This document shows positions 29,822-41,004 of a stretch of 64,000 nt of DNA, piece after piece (positions within the stretch are counted from its first letter, which is position 1; the number at the start of each line of letters is the position of its first letter). The stretch is from Halodesulfurarchaeum sp. GTDB taxonomy: Archaea > Halobacteriota > Halobacteria > Halobacteriales > Halobacteriaceae. The stretch is from NCBI GenBank assembly GCA_034520565.1, contig JAXHNL010000002.1, positions 1,376,001-1,440,000 on the forward strand, given 5' to 3'. The notes under the pieces were generated by a model. It was not told the origin of the DNA. It saw only the letters and a program-made list of their open reading frames with translations, and did no database searches. The position numbers were made by a program, and so were the translations under genes.

Positions 29822-31483
29822 TCACTTTTCGTCTACCGCCAACACCGGCACCGCGAACACCACTTCCGTTCCGCCCGACGCCCGCTCCCCGAAGGTCACC
29901 TGTCCCTCTGCGAGGTCCACGCCCCAGGTGATGGTCCAGAGGCCGATGCCGCTGCCGTGGGAGAGGGCCGTCTCGGTGCCTTCCTCGAGCACCTCGAGTT
30001 CGTGGTCGCCGATCCCCGGCCCATTGTCTGCCACCCGGACCTGCACCTGCTCGCCCTCGAGACTCGTCTCGATCCACACCCGTTGGTCTTCTCCCTCGTT
30101 GTGCATCGCCGCGTTCTCGATCGCGTTGCGGAACACCCCCTCGAGCAACCCATCCACCATCACACCCGGCCCCACCGCATCGTACCGAACCTCGACGGCC
30201 GGGAACTCCCGTTCGACGTCCGCGATCGCCCCCTCGAGCATCGTCGCGAGCTTCCGTGGCTCGGTCTCCGTCCGGGCCATGCTGAACAGGTCGATCGCCT
30301 CACGTCCCTTCTCGCCCAGCGCCTCGATGGTTTCGGCACTTTTCCGGATCTTCTGGGTGTATTCTCCCTCCTCGGCCTGGGCGTAGCCGAGAATGAGATT
30401 CGTTTCGGTGCGGATGTTGTGGCGCAGCACCCGGTGGAGGACCTCCAGGCGCTGCTGCTGGCGGAGCAGCCCTGTGACCTCGTTGATCGTGACCAGCCGG
30501 CCGATCGTGTTGTCCGGCGTCGAGGCGATCGGCTGGACGCCCACTTCGAACTGTCTGGCACCCGTTTCGCCCTGGATGGTGAGATAGTCCTCGTTCGTTC
30601 CCCGTGTTGGCAACTCGTCGAATTCCGCAAACACGTCCGACCCCGGGGCCCCGATCACCGTCTTGCGAGGGGTCCCGAAGATCTCCTCGGCCCGTTCGTT
30701 CATCTCGATGACGTGATCGTCCATGTCGACGATGAGGGCCCCCTCCTGGACGCCGTTGAAGACCATCCGTCTGGCCTGCCGGGTGGGGGCCGGGTTGGCA
30801 CGCAAGAGCTGGAATCGCTTGATTGCGAGGAAGTATATGACACCCGACGGGGCAAAAGCCACCGGAGTGGGGTCGAAACCGAAGTCGAGAAGACCCGTAA
30901 CGAAGAGCACGTTTGTGAGCCAGGGGAGGACGAGCCCGAACCCGAGCGCGATCCCTTGTCTGCGAAACAACACGCCACGATCGGCAGCGAGCTCGAACAC
31001 CAGGACCAGCCCGACGATTCCCATCAGGTAGGTGTACACGGCGATGACCCAGTACCAGGCCCCGCCGAATTCGACCCGGAGAATGCCGAAATCGGTGTAT
31101 CCGGACGTCGTAATCGTGATCAAGTCATGATACGAGTGAGTCAGAACGAGGAGGATTGTGAGGAGTGGAACCACCGCGAGCATTCCGATCGTTTCATTCG
31201 TGATGTACTGGTCGCGGCCGGAATACTCGAGGGTAAAGAGGATCCAGGCGAGTGGAATCAGGACGACGCCGATCCACATCACGACCAACCAGAATAGCTT
31301 CCCCTCGATTCCGGGCGATTGGATCCGGTACAGGGTCGAAATCGACCACCAGACCTGGCCGACGAGCAGGACGGAAAGCCACTGAGCCCCCGGCCGAGGG
31401 ATGGCCCGCCAGGAAAGGATCGCCGCTGTCGATCCGACGAGGATCGAGAGCGCGAGTGCGGCCACTAACACGGCTGGAGGCAT
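29822..31483 (-). CDS. Sensor histidine kinase (HisKA_7TM + PAS + HATPase)
   Basis: About 7 N-terminal transmembrane helices; LRHNIR H-box, DNGPGI and GSGIGLW motifs. Confidence 0.88.
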   Translation of the reverse strand: MPPAVLVAALALSILVGSTAAILSWRAIPRPGAQWLSVLLVGQVWWSISTLYRIQSPGIEGKLFWLVVMWIGVVLIPLAWILFTLEYSGRDQYITNETIGMLAVVPLLTILLVLTHSYHDLITITTSGYTDFGILRVEFGGAWYWVIAVYTYLMGIVGLVLVFELAADRGVLFRRQGIALGFGLVLPWLTNVLFVTGLLDFGFDPTPVAFAPSGVIYFLAIKRFQLLRANPAPTRQARRMVFNGVQEGALIVDMDDHVIEMNERAEEIFGTPRKTVIGAPGSDVFAEFDELPTRGTNEDYLTIQGETGARQFEVGVQPIASTPDNTIGRLVTINEVTGLLRQQQRLEVLHRVLRHNIRTETNLILGYAQAEEGEYTQKIRKSAETIEALGEKGREAIDLFSMARTETEPRKLATMLEGAIADVEREFPAVEVRYDAVGPGVMVDGLLEGVFRNAIENAAMHNEGEDQRVWIETSLEGEQVQVRVADNGPGIGDHELEVLEEGTETALSHGSGIGLWTITWGVDLAEGQVTFGERASGGTEVVFAVPVLAVDEK

Positions 31484-31574
31484 TCAGTTTGAATGTTCCG
31501 CCGGCTCTGCACATAAGTGGTTGTGTGTTCGAATACTGTCCGTTCGGACACCGATATACAAAACAGAGGCCGGC

Positions 31575-32513
31575 TCAGGCGAACAGGAGGCCGGCGAACA
31601 CGATCACCACGAGGACGTGTTTCATTTCGCCGAAGAACTCGAGCAATCGATAGCGGTCGGTTCGACCGACGAACCCGTGGAGCGTGACCGCGTAGGCTCG
31701 ACCGACGAGGGCCGCTCCGATAAACGCCACTGAGAGGAGCTCCGTCGTGAACGCGAAAAGCAACACGCCCACGATCAACACGTTAATGGTGTAGATGATG
31801 TGTCGGGAGCGGGTGATGCCGAAAACGATTGGGAGTGAACGGACGTCGTTTGCGATGTCGTCCTCGATGTCACGGAAATTTGGAATCTCCGTCCCGAGGA
31901 AGATGTCGAGGGCGAAGTAGGCAAAGAGGACGACGGCTATCGGCCCGATCTCTGCGTTGGCAAACGCAATGGGCAGGAAGACGATCGCCGTAGCCCAGGC
32001 GACACCGACGATTGCCGAGTTGAGAACGAGAACGCGTTTTAGCCGTGAGATCGGGAGTCCAGTGCCGTTCAGGAAGTCAGAGGCATAGAGTACCCAGGAA
32101 AGTCCGGGAACCAGCGTGATCGCCAGCGCGAGTGGCCCGCCAAAAACCGAGACCGTGATCGCGAGGCCATAGGCCCCCGCTGATGCGATCGAGAGGGGAG
32201 TTTTGTAGCGATTCATGAACTGGCTTCTTGCCGAGGTCGCCTCGGGTTCACGCTTGGTGTCGCTGATTCGATCCCCGACGTACACGGCGAAGGTAACGAA
32301 GGCAATGACCAGTGGGGCCGGTGAGGGCGGAAGCCCGAGCAGCAACATAACGGTTACGACCCCCGCGACGCCCATTGCGATAAGGTCGAGCTGTGTGTAG
32401 TTCGCGACCTGTTTCAGTCGGTGCCCGTACCGCAATAACACGGCGAAGAACTCCCCGAGTTCCCCGCTGAGGAGCCCCGGTTCGATCGATTGGGTGGTTG
32501 TTTTACTCGACAT
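31575..32513 (-). CDS. UbiA-family prenyltransferase
   Basis: Multi-pass membrane protein; YVGDRISD and NFRDIEDD aspartate-rich motifs. Confidence 0.82.
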   Translation of the reverse strand: MSSKTTTQSIEPGLLSGELGEFFAVLLRYGHRLKQVANYTQLDLIAMGVAGVVTVMLLLGLPPSPAPLVIAFVTFAVYVGDRISDTKREPEATSARSQFMNRYKTPLSIASAGAYGLAITVSVFGGPLALAITLVPGLSWVLYASDFLNGTGLPISRLKRVLVLNSAIVGVAWATAIVFLPIAFANAEIGPIAVVLFAYFALDIFLGTEIPNFRDIEDDIANDVRSLPIVFGITRSRHIIYTINVLIVGVLLFAFTTELLSVAFIGAALVGRAYAVTLHGFVGRTDRYRLLEFFGEMKHVLVVIVFAGLLFA

Positions 32514-32716
32514 GGTTGAATCGGTACCGAACGGGCCAGGCCCGCAGTCGATACCTTGCTAATGGTATCCAGGGTTACCACATTAATCCTTGTAGATGGC
32601 GAGTGGTCGGTGTCTTCCGCCCAGGGCGGTTCGTTTCTGACCGTGCGGACGCTTCGCGAACACCCGTTGAACGAAAGTCAGGCCTTTACCCGTCGGCCCG
32701 CTCTCCCCGCATAGCA

Positions 32717-33154
32717 ATGACCCAGACTGCCCAGCGGTGGTGGGTTCGCCTCGCCGCCAGATGGCTCGCTCGCGTCGACGGCGTGAGCGGGATGATCCGC
32801 CTCGCGATGCTCGGAATGACCGGCCTCTCGACGGCCACGCTCACGCTCAGACAGTACGGCCACGGCGAGTACGCCTGGCCGCTCATCGCCGTGGTCATGA
32901 GTGGCACGCTCGTCTTCACCTACCTCTACACCGAGGGCGGGGTCTGGAACCAGATGTCCCGGGACCGCCAGGACCTCTCGAACAACTTCGCCGGCCCCTC
33001 GATGCGCATCAACGACGAACTCCTCGCCCGGGCGTTGCTCGCGGCCCAGGAGAAACGGGAACTCTCCGAGACCGAGCGGCAGGCGATCAAGACCGAACTC
33101 GACGACGCCTTCGACGAGTATCGGGACGGGCTGCCACTCGAAGACGCACCGTAG
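32717..33154 (+). CDS. Hypothetical membrane protein (about 2 TM)
   Basis: 145-aa ORF with host-like codon usage, two hydrophobic segments and an acidic tail. Confidence 0.65.
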   Translation: MTQTAQRWWVRLAARWLARVDGVSGMIRLAMLGMTGLSTATLTLRQYGHGEYAWPLIAVVMSGTLVFTYLYTEGGVWNQMSRDRQDLSNNFAGPSMRINDELLARALLAAQEKRELSETERQAIKTELDDAFDEYRDGLPLEDAP

Positions 33155-33212
33155 ACCACAGCCCTGGCCAACGAACCCAGCCGAGGTCGAAACCGCAGCC
33201 AAAATCAGCCCG

Positions 33213-34130
33213 CTACCACTTCCAGGTGCCGTAGAGATACCCGCTCCCGACCATCGCGGTCAACAGGAACAGCATCACGAACTGCTTCAGCTTCGCGACC
33301 GACGGCCCACCGACCAGTGATCGTACCCGACCGGGCACGAACTCGGTCAGCAACTGCCCCAGGAACTCGCTCTCGGTCCCGCCGGATTCGGGCACCAGCG
33401 TCTCCATCGCTCGCTTCGAATACCCCTGCCAGAAGGCCCGATCGAGCAACCACCCGATTTCCGTCCGATAGGCAAACACCTTGTGGGCCACTTCCGCCTC
33501 GGGCTCGTACCACACCCCGTCGCCGTATTCGCTCGCCATCCGGGCCGCGAGTTCAGTCTCACCGCCCTGCAGGTTCGCATCGCCCTTGCGACCGCCGATC
33601 TCCGTGTCGAAGCCGCCCAGGTCCAGAAACACGTCCCGCTTGAACGAGATGTTCGACCCGAAGGTGTTCCGCACGTATCCCGGTCCGTCGGCGAACCCGC
33701 GATGGGTTACGCCAACCAACCAGTAGAATTCTTCAGGGAGAAACGCCGGCTTGCCAGCCACCCATGCAGGTGTCATTTTCCCACCCGCAGCCGGCGGGTC
33801 CTGCGCCTCGTAGGCCTCGACGAGCCGCCTCACCCAGTCCGGGTCGGCGATGGCGTCGTCGTCGATGAATGCCACGACATCGCCGCTCGCAATCTCGGCC
33901 CCGGTGTTCCGGCTCTCCAGCAATCCGACGTTCTCGTCGTTACAGTGAACGACCACCCTTTCCTTGCTCCCGTAGTCCTCCTGCACTCGCTCACAGACCG
34001 CACGATTCCCGTCGACGACGATCACGAGTTCCACGTCCGAATAGGACTGTGCCAACACGCTCTCCGCCGCCTCCGTGAAGTGCTCGTACGCGTCCATTGA
34101 GTAGGTGCAGAGGACGACGGAGACCTTCAT
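33213..34130 (-). CDS. aglG: GT2 glycosyltransferase, AglG-like
   Basis: MKVSVVLCTY, FIDDD, RNTFGSNISF and RAFWQGYSKR motifs. Confidence 0.85.
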   Translation of the reverse strand: MKVSVVLCTYSMDAYEHFTEAAESVLAQSYSDVELVIVVDGNRAVCERVQEDYGSKERVVVHCNDENVGLLESRNTGAEIASGDVVAFIDDDAIADPDWVRRLVEAYEAQDPPAAGGKMTPAWVAGKPAFLPEEFYWLVGVTHRGFADGPGYVRNTFGSNISFKRDVFLDLGGFDTEIGGRKGDANLQGGETELAARMASEYGDGVWYEPEAEVAHKVFAYRTEIGWLLDRAFWQGYSKRAMETLVPESGGTESEFLGQLLTEFVPGRVRSLVGGPSVAKLKQFVMLFLLTAMVGSGYLYGTWKW

Positions 34131-34196
34131 TGCACCCTCGTAGGGGGGGTTTGCGAAAAGATGTTTCCTTCTCCGGGGTAGCCCGCAAACCGATTC

Positions 34197-34545
34197 GGGT
34201 GGGGCTACGAAAGGGTTCCCGCGAGGTCCGCAGGACCGAGGGGGAGCAAGCGAGAGCCGAAGGCTCTCGCCATGGCCGAGCGCTCGTGTTCGTCTCGCGG
34301 AGCCCTATCGCGACTGAGCGTAGCGATGGAAGCGATATCTCCGCGAGCGGGCAGCGAGACGACCGAAGGGAGTCTCGAAATAAACGAACGGCGAACGTGA
34401 GACGCGAGTGAAACGAGCGTCTCAGACTGGGCGAACGGCGATAGCCGTGAGCCGGAGTGAGCCGTGAGTTGCGAGCGGGAGGGGGCTTTCGAGGGGATTG
34501 GGTTTGTGTCCCGCGTTTCCGATAAGCACGAGGGGCTTTCGGAGG
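34197..34545 (+). repeat. Hairpin-mosaic intergenic element, copy 3 (longest, with a duplicated right end)
   Basis: gggtggggctacgaaaggg ... gcgagcgggagggggctttcg; a second ggggctttcggagg at about 34532. Confidence 0.8.
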
Positions 34546-34668
34546 TGATGAGAAGAAGTCTCGACACTTCGAACACCGAGAGACCTTCAAAAGACGTCCA
34601 CTCCCGAGTCCCCAGCTCTCACCAACCCCAACACCTATTATGCATACAATCATATTATCACGTGCATA

Positions 34669-36045
34669 ATGATCGACCGGGAACCGGAACTCGAGTGGCT
34701 CACCACCCACCTCCAAAACGAATCACGCCAACTCCTCGTCCTCTACGGCCGACGTCGCGTCGGGAAGACGACCCTCATCACCGAGGCCCTCGAAACGATG
34801 GCCATCCCATCGGTGTATTACCTCTGTGACGAACGCGGCCCGAAGTCGAATGCCCGGGCTTTTGCCGAGCAGTGTGCCACCACCTTTGACGACGTTCCTC
34901 CCGATGTCGACGGGTTTCCCGAAGCCTTTGCATACCTCAAACGTCGGGTCGATGGACCGTTCGTCGTCGCCCTCGACGAGTTCTCGTATCTCGTCGATTC
35001 CGACGAGACGATCCCCTCGGTCTTCCAGACGATACAGGATGCTGTCCTCGCCGAGACGAATATCTCGCTCGTTCTCGCGGGCTCTTCGATTTCGATGATG
35101 GAAGAGGGCGTCTTGAGCTACGAGAGTCCATTGTACGGCCGACGAACCGGCCAGTGGGAACTGGATCCGCTCGAATTTGCTGCCGCACGGGAGTTCTTCC
35201 CGGACACGAACATCGAGACCCAGATACAACTCTACAGTGTATTGGGGGGCGTTCCGGCGTACCTGGAACAGTTCGATCCGGAAACCCCACTGTTCGACAA
35301 CGTCGAGGGATCGATTCTCTCGAAAGGGGAATTCCTGTACGAGGAACCGGAATTCCTCCTGCGCCAGGAACTCCGGGAGCCCGCGACCTACATGGCCATT
35401 CTCGAGGCAATCGCGACAGGCGCCACGCGCGTGACCGAAATCGCGAACGAAATCGACAGGGACGCCAGTGCCCTCTCGCGCTATCTAAAGAACCTGACCC
35501 AACTGGCGATTCTGGAACGGGAAACGCCGGTAACTGATCCGGACGATCGAGGGCTGTATCGACTGACCGATGATTTCCTTCGGTTCTGGTTCCGCTACGT
35601 GGCCCCCAATCGCAGCGTGCTCGAACAGGGACGAACTGAACCAGTCCGAGCGGCCATCGAGGAGACACTGTCGACCCACACGAGTGATACCTTCGAACGC
35701 GTTTCACAGCAGGCAGTGGCGATTAGCGGATTTGGCGGCTCCTTCGCCCGGATCGGTCGCTGGTGGTATGGTGGGGAGGAAATCGACGTGGTGGGAGTGG
35801 ATCCGAAATCGGAAACGCTGCTACTCGGTGAATGCAAGTGGACTGAATCGCCGGTGGGCACGAGACTTTTCGACGAGCTCCGGGACCTCGAAACGAATGT
35901 ACGGTGGCATGGAGACGAGCGAACTGTCGAGTATGCCCTGTTCTCACGCTCGGGGTTCACAGAGGATTTGCGCGCTCTCGCTCGTGAACGGGTGGACCTT
36001 CGGCTTCTCGGACTCCAGGATTTGGACGAACTATTTGGCGTCTAG
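34669..36045 (+). CDS. Archaeal ATPase with wHTH and C-terminal DUF234 / PD-(D/E)XK-like domain
   Basis: YGRRRVGKT, LDEF, PLYGRRT and EIDVVG...GECKW motifs. Confidence 0.9.
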   Translation: MIDREPELEWLTTHLQNESRQLLVLYGRRRVGKTTLITEALETMAIPSVYYLCDERGPKSNARAFAEQCATTFDDVPPDVDGFPEAFAYLKRRVDGPFVVALDEFSYLVDSDETIPSVFQTIQDAVLAETNISLVLAGSSISMMEEGVLSYESPLYGRRTGQWELDPLEFAAAREFFPDTNIETQIQLYSVLGGVPAYLEQFDPETPLFDNVEGSILSKGEFLYEEPEFLLRQELREPATYMAILEAIATGATRVTEIANEIDRDASALSRYLKNLTQLAILERETPVTDPDDRGLYRLTDDFLRFWFRYVAPNRSVLEQGRTEPVRAAIEETLSTHTSDTFERVSQQAVAISGFGGSFARIGRWWYGGEEIDVVGVDPKSETLLLGECKWTESPVGTRLFDELRDLETNVRWHGDERTVEYALFSRSGFTEDLRALARERVDLRLLGLQDLDELFGV

Positions 36046-36065
36046 TGTGACTGCGGTACGTGCGT

Positions 36066-36746
36066 TCACCCCTCGACCGTCGGCGTCAACGACTTCAACG
36101 AAAAATCCGATTTCGAACAGTACCGCTGGGATAACCGTCCCAACTCCAGCGTCCGAGACACGTCGGCGACGTTGTGCAACACCAACTCCAGGTAGTCACC
36201 CGTCTCGAACGCAGCTACGGCCTCCTCACTGTCCACGAACGGATCGATCGAAGAAGCGTCCCCACTGACCAGCGTCTCGTACACCCCGACCAGATCCGAC
36301 ACCGACTCCCCGTCCACGACGGCCGTGTTGAACCGTCGATTCAGCACCGGCATGAGATCGGCGTAGGGAACATTGCCGAACGGCCAGTCAACGTCGTGGC
36401 TCGCCAGCCGCGTTCGCAGGAACGGCAGATCGAATCCCGACTGCCATCGCTCGCCGTTGTACGCCACCAGCAACAAGTCCCCGTCCGCCAGCCGGGAGCC
36501 ACCGAACGACCCGACCGCCTCCAGCAGATCCCGCTCCGTGTCGTGGACCGACAGTTGCACGGGCGTTCCACTCGCTTCGCGAACCCGTGTCTCCAACTCG
36601 TCCTCGGCAATCGACTGATCCCCGCCGACCTGCAGGAATACCCGCGTCCCCATCTCGAATTCAAATCCGACGACCGTCACCTTGTCCTCGACGGCAAAGC
36701 CAGTGGTCTCGATGTCGAAGGCCACGAGTTCGAGGACGTCACTCAT
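36066..36746 (-). CDS. RNase H-like 3'-5' exonuclease-fold protein
   Basis: FDIETTG, YNG...FDLPFL and HNVAD DEDD-type motifs. Confidence 0.8.
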   Translation of the reverse strand: MSDVLELVAFDIETTGFAVEDKVTVVGFEFEMGTRVFLQVGGDQSIAEDELETRVREASGTPVQLSVHDTERDLLEAVGSFGGSRLADGDLLLVAYNGERWQSGFDLPFLRTRLASHDVDWPFGNVPYADLMPVLNRRFNTAVVDGESVSDLVGVYETLVSGDASSIDPFVDSEEAVAAFETGDYLELVLHNVADVSRTLELGRLSQRYCSKSDFSLKSLTPTVEG

Positions 36747-36874
36747 TTTCCACCCCGCGGACCGGCTCCCAACGTGCGTGTTCGTCCATGGACCACTCAC
36801 TTCGCGGCGCTCCGAAATGAGTGTCCGCCAGGCGGGGTGAAAGTGAAATCCTTGTTGTCTCTCGACCGGAGACC

Positions 36875-38347
<1,473 letters not shown>

Positions 38348-38434
38348 ATAAACCCGATTCTGGAACCGGCTCCCGCTTACCCTCAAGTGAGATTGGACGG
38401 CGAAATATGCTGTGGGAAACGTGCTAGTCAACCC

Positions 38435-38815
38435 TCACTCGGTTTGTTTGGACTCGATCGGGATCCGTTCGGCAGTCACCCGGTCGATTCGCTTGTCCGA
38501 TGAAATGATCGGGTCGTCTGTTGCGTAGGCGACGTGATACGCGTCGAATGCAGTCAATCCGTGTCGATCCATGTAATCTGCAGCCCGGAACAGCACGGAT
38601 TCGTCTTCTGCTACCTGCGCGATTTCGAGTGCGTAACTGAGTGCCTCGATCCGGTCGAAGTCAAACCGATCCGAAATGACGAGCAATTCCAGCAACGTCG
38701 CCCGCGAGGTGTATATTTCGTTCTCGTGTTTTCGTGCGAGATCCGTTGCTTGTCCTTGGAGCCAGTCGTCGTCCTTCACGAGTGCGATGAAAAAATCAGT
38801 ATCGGCATAGATCAT
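38435..38815 (-). CDS. vapC: PIN-domain toxin
   Basis: MIYADTD, FDAYH and IISSD motifs; ATGA coupling. Confidence 0.88.
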   Translation of the reverse strand: MIYADTDFFIALVKDDDWLQGQATDLARKHENEIYTSRATLLELLVISDRFDFDRIEALSYALEIAQVAEDESVLFRAADYMDRHGLTAFDAYHVAYATDDPIISSDKRIDRVTAERIPIESKQTE

Positions 38816-39069
38816 GCCGATTCGTCAGTCTCGTGGAGCGCGTGCTTCTGTGCCGCAGAGCGGGCCTCGGCCTTGATTTCCGCGATCGACTTGCCCGCAA
38901 ACGCGTCCCCGACGGCCTCACGGAGGCCCTCGATCGGATCGGAACGAAGCGGAATGAGTTCGACCCGATCCGCGAGTTCGACGATCCGATAGTGCTCGCC
39001 ATGCTTCTCGCGGATCTCGCGGGGGAGAACGATCCGCCCACGGTCGTCCGTCGTCGTGGTTCCACTCAT
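38812..39069 (-). CDS. AbrB/MazE/SpoVT antitoxin
   Basis: TDDRGRIVLPREIRE. Confidence 0.9.
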   Translation of the reverse strand: MSGTTTTDDRGRIVLPREIREKHGEHYRIVELADRVELIPLRSDPIEGLREAVGDAFAGKSIAEIKAEARSAAQKHALHETDESA

Positions 39070-39182
39070 TACGTCGAGTATTGGGTGGGAAGAACTATTA
39101 AAATTTCCCCTATTTATTGGCCAATTCCCACAAACAATGAATTGCTGGGAATACCATAAAATAAGCCCATACAGCTAACTCG

Positions 39183-40982
39183 TTACTGCACCGTCACGCT
39201 CTTGGCCAGATTCCGCGGCTTGTCGATCGCCCGGTCCTTCAACCGCGCGACGTGATACGCGAACAGCTGCATGTAGACGTTCGCCACGACCGGCTCCAAC
39301 AGCCCCGCTTCGGGTACCGAGAACGAATAGTCCAGCACGCCTCCGTCACCCGCAGTTTCGCCGAACCCAACTGTCGCCGCGCCCCGGGTATCCACCTCTG
39401 CGACGTTGTGCAACGTCGCGTCCGGCCGTGAGCCCTCGGTCAACACCGACAACACCAGCACGTCGTCGGTCACCAGCGCCAGCGGGCCGTGTTTCAACTC
39501 CCCGGCGGCAAACCCCTCGGCGTGATCATACGAGATCTCCTTCAGCTTCAGCGCCCCCTCCAGCGCGACCGGATACCCGAACCGCCGCCCGAGGAAGAAA
39601 AACGCCTCCCGATCCGCGTACTCCGCCGCAATCGCCTCGATCTCGTCCTCGCGATCGAGCACCTGCTGGATCGCCCCGGGTAAACTCCGGAGTGATTCGA
39701 GCACGTCACTCGCCCGCTCGCGACTCAACACGCCTCGCAGCCGGCCCAGTGCGACCGCGAGCATCGTCACGGTCGCCACCTGCGAGACGAAGGTCTTGGT
39801 CGCGGCCACGCCGATCTCCGGGCCGGCGTGGATGTAGACGCTCTCATCGGCCTCGCGGGTCACGGTGCTCCCGACCGTGTTCGTCACGGCCATCGTTCGC
39901 GCTCCTGCCGCCTTGGCCTTCCGCAGCGCCTCCAGCGTGTCCGCGGTCTCGCCGCTCTGGGTGATCGCCACGACCAGGGTTTGCCACGGATCTCGACCCC
40001 CACCGACGTCGTACTCGCTTGCGACGTGGGTGGTCACCCGGACGTCCGCCAGGTCCTCGAAGAGCCGTTCGGCGTACAGTCCGGCGTGATACGAGGTCCC
40101 CGCCGCGACGATCTGGATCTCGTCGAGTGACTGGAGGTACTCCCGCGGGAGGTCGACGTCCAGATCGACGTCCCCCGAGAGCGCGTCGACGCGCCCGGTC
40201 AGGGCCTGTCGCAACGCCCGGGGCTGTTCGTGGATCTCCTTGAGCATGAAGTGCTCGTAGCCGCCCTTTTCGGCGGCTTCGGCCTCCCACTCGATGTGGA
40301 TCCGCTCGCGCTCGACCAGCTCCTCGCCGCGGTAAATCTCGACGCCCTCCGGCGTGATCCGGGCGACGTCCCCGTCCTCGAGGAAGGTCACGTCCCGGGA
40401 GTGCTCGACGAACGCCGGGACGTCGCTTGCCAGGAACTGCTCGCCGTCGCCGTGACCGATCACGAGCGGACTGTCCTGTCTGGCCGCGACGATCTCGGCC
40501 CGATCTTTCACCATGACTGCGATGGCATAACTCCCTTCGAGTCGATCGACAACCCTGCTCACTGCCGTGCGGAGATCGCCTCCCTCCCATTCCTCTTCGA
40601 TCAAGTGGGGAACGACCTCCGTGTCCGTCTCGCTCGTGAACGTGTGCTCCTCGGCCAGTTCTGCCTTTAGAGCGGCGTGGTTTTCGATGATCCCGTTGTG
40701 AACGACCGCGATCTCACCCGTACAGTCGGTGTGGGGGTGGGCGTTTTCGTCCGTCGGCGGGCCGTGGGTCGACCAGCGCGTGTGCCCGATGCCGGTTTTC
40801 GCCGTCGAACTGTCCGGGAGGGTCAACTCGCCGATCTTCCCTTCGGCCTTGTAGACGTCGAGGGCGGAATTCCCCAGGGCCACCCCTGCAGAATCGTAGC
40901 CCCGGTACTCGAGGTTCGCAAGCGTCGAGGCCACGATCGGCAATGCGTCTCGATCGCCCACGTAGCCGGTGATCCCACACAT
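39183..40982 (-). CDS. glmS: Glutamine--fructose-6-phosphate aminotransferase
   Basis: MCGI, GHTRWSTHG and PRNLAKSVT motifs. Confidence 0.97.
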   Translation of the reverse strand: MCGITGYVGDRDALPIVASTLANLEYRGYDSAGVALGNSALDVYKAEGKIGELTLPDSSTAKTGIGHTRWSTHGPPTDENAHPHTDCTGEIAVVHNGIIENHAALKAELAEEHTFTSETDTEVVPHLIEEEWEGGDLRTAVSRVVDRLEGSYAIAVMVKDRAEIVAARQDSPLVIGHGDGEQFLASDVPAFVEHSRDVTFLEDGDVARITPEGVEIYRGEELVERERIHIEWEAEAAEKGGYEHFMLKEIHEQPRALRQALTGRVDALSGDVDLDVDLPREYLQSLDEIQIVAAGTSYHAGLYAERLFEDLADVRVTTHVASEYDVGGGRDPWQTLVVAITQSGETADTLEALRKAKAAGARTMAVTNTVGSTVTREADESVYIHAGPEIGVAATKTFVSQVATVTMLAVALGRLRGVLSRERASDVLESLRSLPGAIQQVLDREDEIEAIAAEYADREAFFFLGRRFGYPVALEGALKLKEISYDHAEGFAAGELKHGPLALVTDDVLVLSVLTEGSRPDATLHNVAEVDTRGAATVGFGETAGDGGVLDYSFSVPEAGLLEPVVANVYMQLFAYHVARLKDRAIDKPRNLAKSVTVQ

Positions 40983-41004
40983 CGTTATTGGACCTCACTC
41001 ATGG

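Noticed and set aside
39070-39215. Tn7-like insertion downstream of glmS
   Set aside because: No tns genes or recognisable Tn7 ends; only an AbrB-VapC pair and an IS605-type element follow.
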